Assembly (NCBI GenBank): GCA_017626395.1
Contig: JAGAIU010000069.1
Coordinates: forward strand, 34,015-98,014
Direction of reading: 5' to 3'
Source of the DNA: Clostridia bacterium
Lineage (GTDB): Bacteria > Bacillota > Clostridia > TANB77 > CAG-465
DNA: 64,000 nt
This document shows positions 27,522-37,766 of this stretch, one piece after another. The translations under genes and the position numbers were made by a program. Each line of letters opens with the position of its first letter. Positions within the stretch are counted from its first letter, which is position 1. A model generated the notes under the pieces. The model was not told the origin of the DNA and ran no database searches. It saw only the letters and a list, made by a program, of their open reading frames with translations.

Positions 27522-27684
27522 AAAACTACCTCCTTTATTAAAATAGATATATAATATAAAAAACCGGATAGTATTATACTACAGTTTTTACTAAAAATAA
27601 AGCTTTTTACATAAATTTACATAAAAAATGATAAAAAGACATTGTTAGATAAGTTAAATTTGTCATTATTTTTCAAAGTATAAC

Positions 27685-27713
27685 TTGACTTTTTATACCA
27701 ACTATTATATAAT
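27685..27713 (+). promoter_or_regulatory. sigma-A promoter of rpmF
   Basis: TTGACT (27685-27690), 17 nt, TATAAT (27708-27713). Confidence 0.55.
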
Positions 27714-27793
27714 ATACGAGTAACAAATTAAATTCAAAGAGAATACCTATGTGTAAGCATAGTCGTATATGGCTTTTAAGGAGGGAATATAAA

Positions 27794-27988
27794 ATGGCAC
27801 AACCAAAAAGAAGATGGTCAAAACAAAGAACACATACTAAACGTGCAACTTGGAAATTAGAAGAAACAAATTTATCTACTTGCGCAAACTGTGGAGAAGC
27901 AGTTCTTTCACACAAAGCATGTCCTTCTTGTGGATATTACAATAAAAAACAAGTAGTTGAAATTAAAGAACAAAAAGAAAACGCTTAA
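27794..27988 (+). CDS. rpmF: 50S ribosomal protein L32
   Basis: 64 aa MAQPKRRWSKQRTHTKRATWKL with CxxC...CxxC zinc ribbon. RBS AAGGAGGG. The longer track ORF start 27749 lacks an RBS. Confidence 0.9.
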   Translation: MAQPKRRWSKQRTHTKRATWKLEETNLSTCANCGEAVLSHKACPSCGYYNKKQVVEIKEQKENA

Positions 27989-27996
27989 TTAAAAAG

Positions 27997-28021
27997 TAAC
28001 TCCACATCTGTGGAGTTTTTT
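27997..28021 (+). terminator. intrinsic terminator
   Basis: AACTCCACA / TGTGGAGTT stem plus TTTTT. Confidence 0.75.
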
Positions 28022-28045
28022 CGCGTTTTTAGGGGAGAATAAAGT

Positions 28046-28747
28046 ATGGAAGATTTAAAAATACTATATGAAGATAATCATATAATTGTAGTAATAAAAG
28101 AACCTGGAATTCCTGTACAAGAAGATAAAACAGGGGATTTAGATATGCTTACAATTATAAAACAATATATAAAAGAAAAATATAACAAACCTGGAAATGT
28201 ATATCTAGGATTAGTACATAGATTAGATAGAATGGTAGGCGGAGTAATGGTGTTTGCAAAAACATCAAAAGCTGCTTCTAGAATATCTGAGTATATTAGA
28301 CAAAAGAATGTAAAAAAAAGATACTTAGCTGTTGTAAATGGTAAGATGAAAGTATCAGATGAAAAAATAGAACTTAGAAACTATTTAGTTAAAAACGAAA
28401 GACTAAATATGTCTAGAGTTGTAGATAAATCTGTAAAAGGTGCTAAAGAAAGTATACTTGAATATAAAGTATTAAAAAACTTTGAATATAAAGGTAAAGA
28501 ATACTCTTTAGTAGATATAGATTTACATACAGGAAGACATCATCAAATAAGAGTACAATTTGCAAATATTGCTCATCCTTTATACGGAGATGTTAAATAT
28601 GGTCAAAAGATAAATAAAGTAGGACAAAATTTAGCGTTATTTTCATATTATTTATCTTTCTTTCATCCAACTAAAGATGAGTATTTAGAATTTAAATTTT
28701 TACCAAATGAACTAGATAAAAAAGATGGAATATGGGATGTGATATAA
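28046..28747 (+). CDS. RluA-family pseudouridine synthase (no S4 domain)
   Basis: 233 aa. Catalytic [16 protein letters not shown] and [11 protein letters not shown] motifs. Confidence 0.85.
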   Translation: MEDLKILYEDNHIIVVIKEPGIPVQEDKTGDLDMLTIIKQYIKEKYNKPGNVYLGLVHRLDRMVGGVMVFAKTSKAASRISEYIRQKNVKKRYLAVVNGKMKVSDEKIELRNYLVKNERLNMSRVVDKSVKGAKESILEYKVLKNFEYKGKEYSLVDIDLHTGRHHQIRVQFANIAHPLYGDVKYGQKINKVGQNLALFSYYLSFFHPTKDEYLEFKFLPNELDKKDGIWDVI

Positions 28748-29862
28748 TGGATTTTGATAGCATTAGACTATCTCTAGAGGAACTTAAGATAAAACTTGAT
28801 ACCTTAAAAGATGCAATAAGAGTAGAAGAGAAAAGAGAACAACTAAAAGAACTAGAAAAAGAAACATTAAAAGAAGGTTTTTGGAATGATAACGAAGCTT
28901 CTTCTAAAATACTAACAGAAATGAAAAACTTAAAGTCGGATATAACTAAATATGAAAATGTAGCAAAAGAATATGAAGATGCAGTTACATATTTAGAACT
29001 TGCTCAAGAGGAAAATGACAGTGAGTCATTTAAAGAGGCAAGAAATTTAACAACAAGTTTAAGTAGCAATTTAGAAAAACTAGAAGTTAGTACATTACTT
29101 TCAGATGAATATGATAGAAGTAATTCAATTGTAACTATTCATCCTGGAGCTGGTGGAACAGAATCTCAAGACTGGGCTTTAATGTTATATAGAATGTATA
29201 CTAGATGGGCACAACGTATGGACTTTACTATTGAAGTATTAGACTATCAAGATGGTGAAGAAGCAGGTGTGAAATCTGTATCTTTCTTAATTAAAGGCGA
29301 AAACGCTTATGGTTATACAAAAGGAGAAGCTGGAGTTCATAGACTTGTTAGAATTTCACCTTTTGATGCTAATAGTAGACGTCATACATCATTTGCTGCT
29401 CTTGAAGTATTACCAGAAATATCAGATGAAATAGTAGTAGATATTAAACTAGAAGATATTGAAATGGATGTTTTTAGAGCAAGTGGTGCAGGTGGACAAC
29501 ACGTAAATAAAACATCATCTGCAGTAAGACTTAGACATATTCCAACAGGAATAGTAGTGTCTTGTCAAACAGAACGTTCTCAAATGCAAAATAGAGAATA
29601 TGCAATGAAGATGTTAAAAGCTAAAATATATAAATTAGAAAAAGAAAATCATGAAAAGAAAATGAGTAACATTAAAGGCGAGACAACAGATAATGCTTGG
29701 GGAAACCAAATTCGTTCATATGTATTCTGTCCATATACTTTGGTAAAAGATCATAGAACAGGATATGAAACAGGAAATGTTCAAGCTGTAATGGACGGTA
29801 AGATAGATGATTTCATATATGAATACTTGAAAAGTTATGTAAAAGATGGTATAATGAAATAG
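28747..29862 (+). CDS. prfB: peptide chain release factor 2
   Basis: SPF tripeptide (RISPFDA) and GGQ ([12 protein letters not shown]). ATG overlaps the upstream TAA (TAATG). The reading frame is uninterrupted. Confidence 0.9.
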   Translation: MDFDSIRLSLEELKIKLDTLKDAIRVEEKREQLKELEKETLKEGFWNDNEASSKILTEMKNLKSDITKYENVAKEYEDAVTYLELAQEENDSESFKEARNLTTSLSSNLEKLEVSTLLSDEYDRSNSIVTIHPGAGGTESQDWALMLYRMYTRWAQRMDFTIEVLDYQDGEEAGVKSVSFLIKGENAYGYTKGEAGVHRLVRISPFDANSRRHTSFAALEVLPEISDEIVVDIKLEDIEMDVFRASGAGGQHVNKTSSAVRLRHIPTGIVVSCQTERSQMQNREYAMKMLKAKIYKLEKENHEKKMSNIKGETTDNAWGNQIRSYVFCPYTLVKDHRTGYETGNVQAVMDGKIDDFIYEYLKSYVKDGIMK

Positions 29863-29893
29863 TATTTTTATATGGAAAGAGGTGGTCTGTATT

Positions 29894-30643
29894 ATGGACT
29901 CTAAAAATTTATCTGAATATGATAAAGACTTTATGAAAATGCTACAGGAATCAAAATTATTAATCGTAGATCTTGATGGTACATTAATAGATTTTGAAAA
30001 AATTGACAATATAATTATTAAACAACTATTCCCAGATAGTAGAATAATCGATACAATCGATAACATATTGTGGAAAGTAAATAGATTAGATGTGTTGGGG
30101 AATGGATATGCTGGATTAAAGATAAGACTTGCAGTATATTCGCTGTTTAGTAAGTACACTTTAAAGGAGTGTAAAAAAATGTATGGAGCAATGTATGAAG
30201 AACTTGCTAGAGTAGAGCTTGCAAGTGTATATGCTTCAACCCTTAGCAAAATTATTGCAAATGGATATAAAGTTGCAATAGTAACAAAAAATGTTTATGC
30301 AAAAAACTTGTTAGAGAAATCTTTCTTTAAAACTAATAAAGAAATTAGTGATAATTTAAGTTTAGTAATTTTAAGAAAAGATAAAAAGAAAAAGTTCAAA
30401 GATATGATTAAACAATATGAAGGAAAAGTCTGCGTTATTGGAAATAACTTAAGTGACGATATAATGAATTCATATAAAATTGGATCACCTTTTATTTATA
30501 TAGGGAAAAGTAAAGCTATAAACTTTATTTTAAGTCTTGTAAATAAAATAGCATACAAGATAGGTATAAAATCTATATATAACAGAGGAATTCAATTTAG
30601 AACTTTTAAACAAGTTGGAACAGTATTTGAAAAAAAGAAGTAG
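29894..30643 (+). CDS. HAD-superfamily hydrolase
   Basis: Motif I LIVDLDGTLIDF. ATG 29894 follows RBS GAAAGAGGTGG. Confidence 0.65.
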   Translation: MDSKNLSEYDKDFMKMLQESKLLIVDLDGTLIDFEKIDNIIIKQLFPDSRIIDTIDNILWKVNRLDVLGNGYAGLKIRLAVYSLFSKYTLKECKKMYGAMYEELARVELASVYASTLSKIIANGYKVAIVTKNVYAKNLLEKSFFKTNKEISDNLSLVILRKDKKKKFKDMIKQYEGKVCVIGNNLSDDIMNSYKIGSPFIYIGKSKAINFILSLVNKIAYKIGIKSIYNRGIQFRTFKQVGTVFEKKK

Positions 30644-30670
30644 GAAATTATATTTTTCCTACTTTTTCTT
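30638..30670. terminator. bidirectional terminator
   Basis: AAGTAGGAAA / TTTCCTACTT stem between convergent genes. Confidence 0.7.
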
Positions 30671-30672
30671 TT

Positions 30673-31596
30673 TTATATAAGATTTTTCATATCATTTGGT
30701 ATATCTGCTTGTATTTGTATAAATTCATCTGTTATTGGATGATTAAACGAGATAGAATGAGCGTGTAAAGCTTGTCTTGAAATTAATTTATCTATATCTC
30801 GAATACCATAATGTTCCGCATAAAGAGTATCTCCAAGTAATATATGTCCTAAATCTATCATATGTACTCTAATTTGATGAGTTCTGCCTGTATGTAGTAG
30901 AACATTTACTACTGTATAATTTTTTTCTTCATTTCTCGCTAGAACGTTATATTCAGTTTTAGCATAGTCTCCAGTATTGTCATTAACTGTATGCCTTAAA
31001 ATAATAGTATTATCTATTCTAGCTATATTTTTCTCAATTATTCCATGATTTTCTTTAACAATACCATTAACTATGGCAATATATTCTTTTTTTAAATTAA
31101 GTTTTTCTTTTCTACGTACAAATAGTTCTTGTATATATTCATTTTTAGCAAATATACAGATGCCAGTTGTATTTTTATCCAACCTTGTTACTATGTGTAT
31201 GTTATTTATTCCTTGTTTCTTTAGATATGCAGCAACTATATTAGATAGAGTGTTATCATAATTATCTGTACTAGGATGAGATGGCATATTTTCAGGTTTA
31301 TTAACTATAAGCAGATATTCGTCTTCATAAAGTATATCTAAAGGTGCATCTTTTAGAATAAACTTATCTTCAAATTTTGGTGTATCTTTAATATTTAAAT
31401 ATTTTTCTAAATCTACAGTAACTGTGTCATTTTCTTTAACTAAATAATTTACGAATTCTTCTTTGTTATTTACAAAAATACAATTAGAATATTTAAGCTT
31501 TTTTAATAGTTCTGTAGATATATATAATCTTTTCTTTAAGATATCTTTTAACTTTTTATCTTGGTCATAACTTTTAGCTATATAGTTTAATTTCAT
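30673..31596 (-). CDS. RluD/RluA-family 23S rRNA pseudouridine synthase with N-terminal S4-like domain
   Basis: 307 aa. TRLDKNTTGICIFAKN and HTGRTHQIRVH motifs. Confidence 0.85.
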   Translation of the reverse strand: MKLNYIAKSYDQDKKLKDILKKRLYISTELLKKLKYSNCIFVNNKEEFVNYLVKENDTVTVDLEKYLNIKDTPKFEDKFILKDAPLDILYEDEYLLIVNKPENMPSHPSTDNYDNTLSNIVAAYLKKQGINNIHIVTRLDKNTTGICIFAKNEYIQELFVRRKEKLNLKKEYIAIVNGIVKENHGIIEKNIARIDNTIILRHTVNDNTGDYAKTEYNVLARNEEKNYTVVNVLLHTGRTHQIRVHMIDLGHILLGDTLYAEHYGIRDIDKLISRQALHAHSISFNHPITDEFIQIQADIPNDMKNLI

Positions 31597-31741
31597 AATA
31601 TTTTTTCTCCTGATAAGTATTATACTATAGTTTTAAAGAAAAATAAAGGAAAAGAAAAATATAACTTTACATAGAATAACTAAAATTATTGAAAAAATGT
31701 GTATGTTATTGTATAATATTAACGTTGGAAAGTGAGAGAAA

Positions 31742-32470
31742 ATGGATAAAGAAAGAATAGATGATTTAGGTATTAATGGTAAAAAAATAATACAAAATAC
31801 AGATTATTTCTGCTTTGGAATAGATAGTGTTTTACTTGCAAACTTTGTAGAATCAAATAGCAGTAAAAATAACATAGTGGATTTATGTTCTGGAAGTGGA
31901 GTTATATCTGTAATTGTATCTCAAAAGAAAAAATGTAATAAAATATATGCTGTAGAGCTTCAAAATGAAATGTATGACCTTTTAGATAGAAATGTTAAGA
32001 TAAATTCACTTGAAGAAAAAATAATTCCTTTAAAAGGCGATGTTAAAAGTTTCTCTATGAATGAGAAAGTAGATATAGTTGTTTCAAATCCTCCATATAA
32101 AGAAGTTGGAACAGGAGTAGAAAACACTAATTCTGTTAAATATATCGCAAGACACGAAAAAGAATGTACATTAGAAGATATATTTAAATGTAGTAGTAAA
32201 TTACTTAAACAAAAAGGAAAACTATATTTAGTACATAAACCACAAAGAATACCAGATTTAATATCTGAAGCTCGAAAATATAAATTAGAACCTAAAAAGA
32301 TGAGACTTGTTTATCCTACAATAAATAGCAAACCAAGTATAGTACTTATGGAGTATGTATATTTTGGTGGTAATGAACTTGAGGTACTTTCTCCACTTAT
32401 TGAGTATAACGAAAATGGAGAATATACAAAAGAAATATTTGAAATATATGGTATGGGAGAGAATAAATAA
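31742..32470 (+). CDS. tRNA (adenine-N6)-methyltransferase (TrmN6/YfiC/YabB-like)
   Basis: SAM-binding DLCSGSGVI and NPPY motif (VVSNPPYKE). Lies directly upstream of rsmI, as yabB does in Bacillus. Confidence 0.75.
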   Translation: MDKERIDDLGINGKKIIQNTDYFCFGIDSVLLANFVESNSSKNNIVDLCSGSGVISVIVSQKKKCNKIYAVELQNEMYDLLDRNVKINSLEEKIIPLKGDVKSFSMNEKVDIVVSNPPYKEVGTGVENTNSVKYIARHEKECTLEDIFKCSSKLLKQKGKLYLVHKPQRIPDLISEARKYKLEPKKMRLVYPTINSKPSIVLMEYVYFGGNELEVLSPLIEYNENGEYTKEIFEIYGMGENK

Positions 32471-33324
32471 TGGAAAAAAATAATAGAGGTGTATTATATG
32501 TAGTAGGTACACCTATTGGAAATTTAAAAGATATAACATTACGTGCAATTGAAACGTTAGAAATGGTAGATATAATACTTGCAGAAGATACAAGACAAAC
32601 ACTAAAATTATTAAACCATTTAAATATTTCAAAGCAAATGATAAGCTATCATAGACATAATGAAGATGCTAAAGTAAATATGGTAGTATCACTTCTTGAT
32701 GAGGGGAAAAATATAGCTTTAGTATCAGATGCAGGTATGCCAATTATATCTGATCCTGGACAAGGTCTTGTTAAATATCTAGTAGAAAATGAATATAAAA
32801 TAGAAGTAATACCTGGTGTTACTGCTTTAATTACAGCTATTGTTCGTTCAGGTATGGATTCTACAAGATTTACATTTGAAGGCTTTTTATCTGTAAGTAA
32901 AAAACAAAGAATTAAAAGACTTGCAGAACTTAAAGATGAAATTAGAACAATGGTATTTTACGAAGCACCACATAAAATACTTTATACTTTAAAAGATATG
33001 TATGAAGTATTAGGTGAAAGAAATATTTGTATCTGTCGTGAACTTACAAAGCTTCATGAAGAATACTTAAATACTACATTTACTGAAGCTATAGCTAGAA
33101 TTGAAGAAAATGGTATTAAAGGTGAAATTGTTTTAATAGTTGAAGGGAAATCTGAATTAGAACTTGAAGAAAAAAGAAAAGAAGAACTAGAAAAAATAGG
33201 GCCAGCAGATTTAGTAAAACAATATATGGCTGAAGGAATAGATAAAAAAGATGCTATTAAAAAAGCAGCTAAAGAACTTGGTGTAAATAAAAACGAAGTG
33301 TATAAAGAATGTTTAGATATATAA
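32470..33324 (+). CDS. rsmI: 16S rRNA (cytidine1402-2'-O)-methyltransferase
   Basis: 284 aa. LYVVGTPIGNLKDITLRAIETL...ILAEDTR is the typical RsmI N-terminus. Confidence 0.9.
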   Translation: MEKNNRGVLYVVGTPIGNLKDITLRAIETLEMVDIILAEDTRQTLKLLNHLNISKQMISYHRHNEDAKVNMVVSLLDEGKNIALVSDAGMPIISDPGQGLVKYLVENEYKIEVIPGVTALITAIVRSGMDSTRFTFEGFLSVSKKQRIKRLAELKDEIRTMVFYEAPHKILYTLKDMYEVLGERNICICRELTKLHEEYLNTTFTEAIARIEENGIKGEIVLIVEGKSELELEEKRKEELEKIGPADLVKQYMAEGIDKKDAIKKAAKELGVNKNEVYKECLDI

Positions 33325-33333
33325 TTAAAGATG

Positions 33334-33366
33334 AAGAGTGGTAGAAATACCACTCTTTACTTTTTA
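33334..33366 (+). terminator. intrinsic terminator
   Basis: AAGAGTGGTA / TACCACTCTT stem, GAAA loop. Confidence 0.7.
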
Positions 33367-33456
33367 TATAAAAATAACAATTAAAAATAATTTTAAAAAA
33401 CAACTATACTTTTTAAATTTCTTGTTATATAATAACCAAAGACAGTGAGGTATATT

Positions 33457-34089
33457 ATGAAAGAAAATGAACAAGAAAGATTAAAGCATATGCTTGAAAT
33501 AGAAGAAAGTTTATATGAAAAAGGATATAAACTAGTATGCGGTGTAGATGAAGCAGGACGTGGCCCTTTATGTGGTCCTGTAGTTGCAGCAGCAGTTATA
33601 CTTAAACCAGGACAAATGATAGATGGAGTAAATGACTCTAAAAAAATATCTGAGAAAAAAAGAGAGAAACTATATGAAGATATTATGGCTAATGCTTTGG
33701 CAGTTGGTGTTGGTATGAGTGATGTAGATGTAATAGAAGATGTTAATATTCTAAATGCAACTAAACTTGCTATGAAACAAGCTATTAACAATTTAAAAGT
33801 TCAACCTGAATATGTCTTAATTGATGGTAATCAAATGATAGATATAACTATAGATGCTGAAACTGTAGTATCAGGAGATGCTAAATCTGAATCAATTGCA
33901 GCAGCATCAATTATAGCTAAAGTAACAAGGGATAGAATGCTACTTGAATGGGATAAAGAATATCCAGAATATGGCTTTGCTAAACATAAAGGATATGGTA
34001 CAAAAGCACATATTGAAGCAATAGGTAAATATGGACTTACACCTCTTCATAGAAAGAGTTTCTGTACAAAATTTGTTAAGGGGGAATAA
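33457..34089 (+). CDS. rnhB: ribonuclease HII
   Basis: CGVDEAGRGPLCGPVVAAAV active-site motif. ATG 33457 follows RBS GTGAGG. Confidence 0.9.
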   Translation: MKENEQERLKHMLEIEESLYEKGYKLVCGVDEAGRGPLCGPVVAAAVILKPGQMIDGVNDSKKISEKKREKLYEDIMANALAVGVGMSDVDVIEDVNILNATKLAMKQAINNLKVQPEYVLIDGNQMIDITIDAETVVSGDAKSESIAAASIIAKVTRDRMLLEWDKEYPEYGFAKHKGYGTKAHIEAIGKYGLTPLHRKSFCTKFVKGE

Positions 34090-34091
34090 TA

Positions 34092-34847
34092 ATGAAACTA
34101 GTATCATGGAATGTAAATGGACTTAGAGCATGTATAACAAAAGGATTTAATGAGTTCTTTAAAGATATAGATGCAGATATGTTCTGTATTCAAGAAACAA
34201 AATTACAAGATGAGCAAGCTGAAGGAATTGAATTTGATGGATATTATAGATATATGAATAGTGCACAGAAAAAAGGTTATTCTGGTACTATGATATTTAC
34301 TAAACATAAACCTTTAAATGTTACATATGGACTTGGTATAGAAGAACATGATAATGAAGGTAGAATAATAACTTTAGAATATGACAACTTCTATCTAGTA
34401 AATTGCTATACTCCGAATTCAAAAAGAGAACTTGAAAGATTAGATTATAGAATGGTTTGGGAAGATGAAATGTTAAAATATTTCAAAAAATTAGAAGAAA
34501 CTAAACCAGTTGTATATTGTGGAGATTTAAATGTTGCACACGAAGAAATAGATATTAAAAATCCTAAAACTAATCATTTTAGTGCTGGATTTACAGATCA
34601 AGAAAGAGAAAAAATGACAAGGTTATTATCTAATGGTTTTATAGATACATTTAGATATAAATATCCAGATAAAGTATTATATTCTTGGTGGTCATATATG
34701 AGACAAGCAAGAGAAAAAAACGTAGGCTGGAGAATAGATTATTTTATAGTGTCTGATGCTTTAAAAGATAAAGTTAAAGAGGCAGATATACATACACAAA
34801 TACTTGGTAGTGACCATTGCCCAGTAAGTCTAGAAATAGAGTTTTAA
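34092..34847 (+). CDS. xth: exodeoxyribonuclease III
   Basis: 251 aa. SWNVNGLRA, CIQETK and GSDHCPV motifs. Confidence 0.9.
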   Translation: MKLVSWNVNGLRACITKGFNEFFKDIDADMFCIQETKLQDEQAEGIEFDGYYRYMNSAQKKGYSGTMIFTKHKPLNVTYGLGIEEHDNEGRIITLEYDNFYLVNCYTPNSKRELERLDYRMVWEDEMLKYFKKLEETKPVVYCGDLNVAHEEIDIKNPKTNHFSAGFTDQEREKMTRLLSNGFIDTFRYKYPDKVLYSWWSYMRQAREKNVGWRIDYFIVSDALKDKVKEADIHTQILGSDHCPVSLEIEF

Positions 34848-34907
34848 ATTTATCCTTGAAAAATAAAAAAATATATAGTAGAATAGTTTATGAAAAGAGG
34901 GGATATT

Positions 34908-36347
34908 ATGGGTATTTTTGACAAGGTTATATCAAATATAAGTGGTAGAGATTATAATGTTAACGACCAATTAGCAACGTCTTATGGTCCAAAGCAAGTA
35001 ACTGAAACTTACAAAGAAGTTTCAAAAACTTTAAGAAAAAAGACTAAAGAATCAGTTACATTAAATGATCAAATACTAGAAAAATATAATAAAAAAAATA
35101 AAGAAGATGTTCAAAATAATTTAATGAAAAAATACTTAAAACTATCTCGAGATGATTTAAATCAACAAGAAATAGCTAAAAAAGAGTTAGAAAAACATCA
35201 GATAGAAGATGAAGTAGATAAAACTCTAGAAGGAACAGATAAAGTAACTAGAGAACAAGTGAAAAAAGATTTACTAGAAGACGAACAAATTGATACTGGA
35301 AAAAAAGACAAAAAACAAGAATTACAAGCTAGAATATATAAAGCTACATACACTAGAATGTATAATGACTATACAAACTCTGTTTTAAAAATTAAGGATT
35401 CTCAATTTGATAAAATGGAGATAGCTATAAGTGAAGCTCAAGCTATTGAAATGATTGCAATGGAAAAGAATCTTGAAAATATAGAACTAAAGTATAATAA
35501 AGCAACGGGAAAAGATTTTTCTAAAGATAAAAATATAAGAGAAAAACGAGAAGAATTCAAGCAGAAATTTGAATATAATCAAAGAGGTATAAATAGTATT
35601 ACCGAAAATATAGGAGACAAAATTAATAGATTATATGCAATAAGAGAAGAAAAACATAGACAGTATATGAAAGCTCTAATGGATAAAAATATATCTTCTC
35701 AAGAAATTGCATATTATAAAAGAGAATATCAAGAAGCTAATTTAGAGTTAATGCAAAAAGTACCTTCTTTACAAGAGTATACGAAAGATTTAGAAGTGCA
35801 AGAAAAAAACGAGCAAATGGCTAAAGAAGCTAAAGTGGAAAATAAATCTGCTGTAAATAATAAAATAGATAATAGACATTTTGACGATACAAAAAATGTA
35901 AGTGAAAAAGTTACTGATTCTAAAATGGTAGAGCATTTAGATAAAGTACAAGAAAAAGAAGAAAAAAGAGATGAAAGAAACTTTGAAACAATAAGTAAGA
36001 TTCAAAAAGATGAATTAGAAAAAGGTAATCTTGATGTAGCAAAAGAAATTGGAGATTTACAATCTACTAAAAGAATATATGACGAAAATATAGAGAAAAC
36101 TCCTAATCAACCTACACCATCTCAAGCACAAAAAGAGGTGGAAAGAAACCAAGAAATAAGCGATGACTCTTTCTTTAGTACTTTAAGATCTGGAGTAAAT
36201 GACATGAATGATATAAAACAGGAAGATATAGAAAGAGTCGAAAAGATTGCTAAAGAAGAAATTGGCAAAAAAGCTTATAATGAACAAAAACAACAATTGA
36301 ATGAACAATATCAAAGAGAAAGAAGAAAAAAGACAAGTAATAATTAA
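34908..36347 (+). CDS. Lys/Glu-rich coiled-coil hypothetical protein
   Basis: About 480 aa, highly charged low-complexity sequence. ATG 34908 follows RBS AGAGGGG. Confidence 0.55.
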   Translation: MGIFDKVISNISGRDYNVNDQLATSYGPKQVTETYKEVSKTLRKKTKESVTLNDQILEKYNKKNKEDVQNNLMKKYLKLSRDDLNQQEIAKKELEKHQIEDEVDKTLEGTDKVTREQVKKDLLEDEQIDTGKKDKKQELQARIYKATYTRMYNDYTNSVLKIKDSQFDKMEIAISEAQAIEMIAMEKNLENIELKYNKATGKDFSKDKNIREKREEFKQKFEYNQRGINSITENIGDKINRLYAIREEKHRQYMKALMDKNISSQEIAYYKREYQEANLELMQKVPSLQEYTKDLEVQEKNEQMAKEAKVENKSAVNNKIDNRHFDDTKNVSEKVTDSKMVEHLDKVQEKEEKRDERNFETISKIQKDELEKGNLDVAKEIGDLQSTKRIYDENIEKTPNQPTPSQAQKEVERNQEISDDSFFSTLRSGVNDMNDIKQEDIERVEKIAKEEIGKKAYNEQKQQLNEQYQRERRKKTSNN

Positions 36348-36364
36348 TTTAAGGAGGTATTTTT

Positions 36365-37309
36365 ATGGGACTTGTAACAACAGAAGAAATGTTTAAAAAA
36401 GCTTATGAAGGAGGATATGCAATTGGTGCTTTCAATGTTAACAACATGGAAATTATTCAAGGTATAATGGAAGCTGCAAATGAAACTAATTCACCAGTTA
36501 TACTTCAAGTATCAGCTGGAGCTAGAAAATATGCTAATCCAATATATTTAAAAAAATTAGTTGAAGCTGCAATTGAATGTAACAAACAAGCTGGAAAAGA
36601 TATACCAGTAGTTTTACACTTAGACCATGGTGCAGATTTTGAAACTTGTAAAGATTGTATAGATAGTGGATTTACATCAGTTATGATTGATGGATCTAAA
36701 CATTCATTTGAAGAAAATGTGGAACTAACTAAAAAAGTAGTTGAATATGCACATGCAAGAGGAGTTGTAGTTGAAGCTGAACTTGGAAAACTTGCAGGTG
36801 TTGAAGATGATGTTAATGTATCAGCTGATGATGCAATGTATACAAATCCAGATGAAGCAGTTGAATTTGTACAAAGAACAGGATGTGATTCTTTAGCTAT
36901 AGCTATAGGAACAAGTCATGGAGCATATAAATTCAAAGGTGAAGCAAAATTAAGATATGATATATTAGAAGAAATTGGTAGAAGATTACCAGGATTCCCA
37001 ATCGTATTACATGGAGCTTCTTCAGTACCACAAAAATTTGTTGAAATGTGTAATGAATATGGTGGAAATATCCCAGGAGCAAAAGGTGTTCCAGAAGATA
37101 TGTTAAGAAAAGCTGCTACAATGGCTGTTTGTAAAATAAATATAGATAGTGATATTCGTTTAGCTATGACAGCTAATATTAGAGAATGCTTTACAAATAA
37201 ACCAGAAGTATTTGATCCAAGAACATATTTAGGTCAAGCAAGAACAGCTGTTAAAGACATGGTAAAACATAAAATTGAAGATGTTTTAGGATGTGCTGGA
37301 AAAGCATAG
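36365..37309 (+). CDS. fba: class II fructose-1,6-bisphosphate aldolase
   Basis: 314 aa. YAIGAFNVNNME, HLDHG and GTSHGAYKF motifs. Confidence 0.95.
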   Translation: MGLVTTEEMFKKAYEGGYAIGAFNVNNMEIIQGIMEAANETNSPVILQVSAGARKYANPIYLKKLVEAAIECNKQAGKDIPVVLHLDHGADFETCKDCIDSGFTSVMIDGSKHSFEENVELTKKVVEYAHARGVVVEAELGKLAGVEDDVNVSADDAMYTNPDEAVEFVQRTGCDSLAIAIGTSHGAYKFKGEAKLRYDILEEIGRRLPGFPIVLHGASSVPQKFVEMCNEYGGNIPGAKGVPEDMLRKAATMAVCKINIDSDIRLAMTANIRECFTNKPEVFDPRTYLGQARTAVKDMVKHKIEDVLGCAGKA

Positions 37310-37319
37310 GAGGTATATT

Positions 37320-37577
37320 ATGCAATATACTTATACACCTAAAGGCGTTTGTTCAAAGCAAATGATTATAGATATAGATGATGCTACTGATACAGTTAAG
37401 TTTGTAAAAATAGTAGGTGGTTGTCCAGGAAATACAATTGGAGTATCTAAACTTGTTGAAGGTAAAAAGCTAGATGAAGTTATAGAATTACTAAAGGGTA
37501 TTCCATGTGGATATAGAGGCACTTCTTGTCCAGATCAATTAGCAATAGCATTAGAAGAAATAAAAAATGCAAGATAA
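37320..37577 (+). CDS. TSCPD-domain small Cys-rich protein
   Basis: 85 aa MQYTYTPKGVCS...GGCPGN...TSCPDQLA. RBS AGGAGG. Confidence 0.7.
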   Translation: MQYTYTPKGVCSKQMIIDIDDATDTVKFVKIVGGCPGNTIGVSKLVEGKKLDEVIELLKGIPCGYRGTSCPDQLAIALEEIKNAR

Positions 37578-37580
37578 ATT

Positions 37581-37609
37581 AAAGATTGGCTTTAGGCCAA
37601 TCTTTTTTT
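37581..37609 (+). terminator. intrinsic terminator
   Basis: AAAGATTGGC / GCCAATCTTT stem plus T-run. Confidence 0.75.
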
Positions 37610-37766
37610 GCTTAAAATTATAGAAGAATTTCAACAATAAAATAAAAAATATTCATAAAAACTTGCGACCGAAAAAGTGTGCGGAAGTATTGAAATTACT
37701 AAGATATATCAATATAATTAATTCATGATTTGAACTGGTTTAAATGTTGCTTGAAAGGAGAAAAAT

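Noticed and set aside
27673-27915. 80-aa minus-strand ORF and the extended 27749 start of the L32 ORF
   Set aside because: The minus-strand ORF is antisense to rpmF. The 27749 start has no RBS, whereas ATG 27794 follows AAGGAGGG and gives the canonical L32 N-terminus MAQPKRR.
28747-28850. Programmed +1 frameshift site expected in prfB
   Set aside because: The RF2 reading frame is continuous from ATG 28747 ([33 protein letters not shown]...). There is no in-frame TGA and no CTTTGAC-type shift site, so this prfB appears to lack the autoregulatory frameshift.
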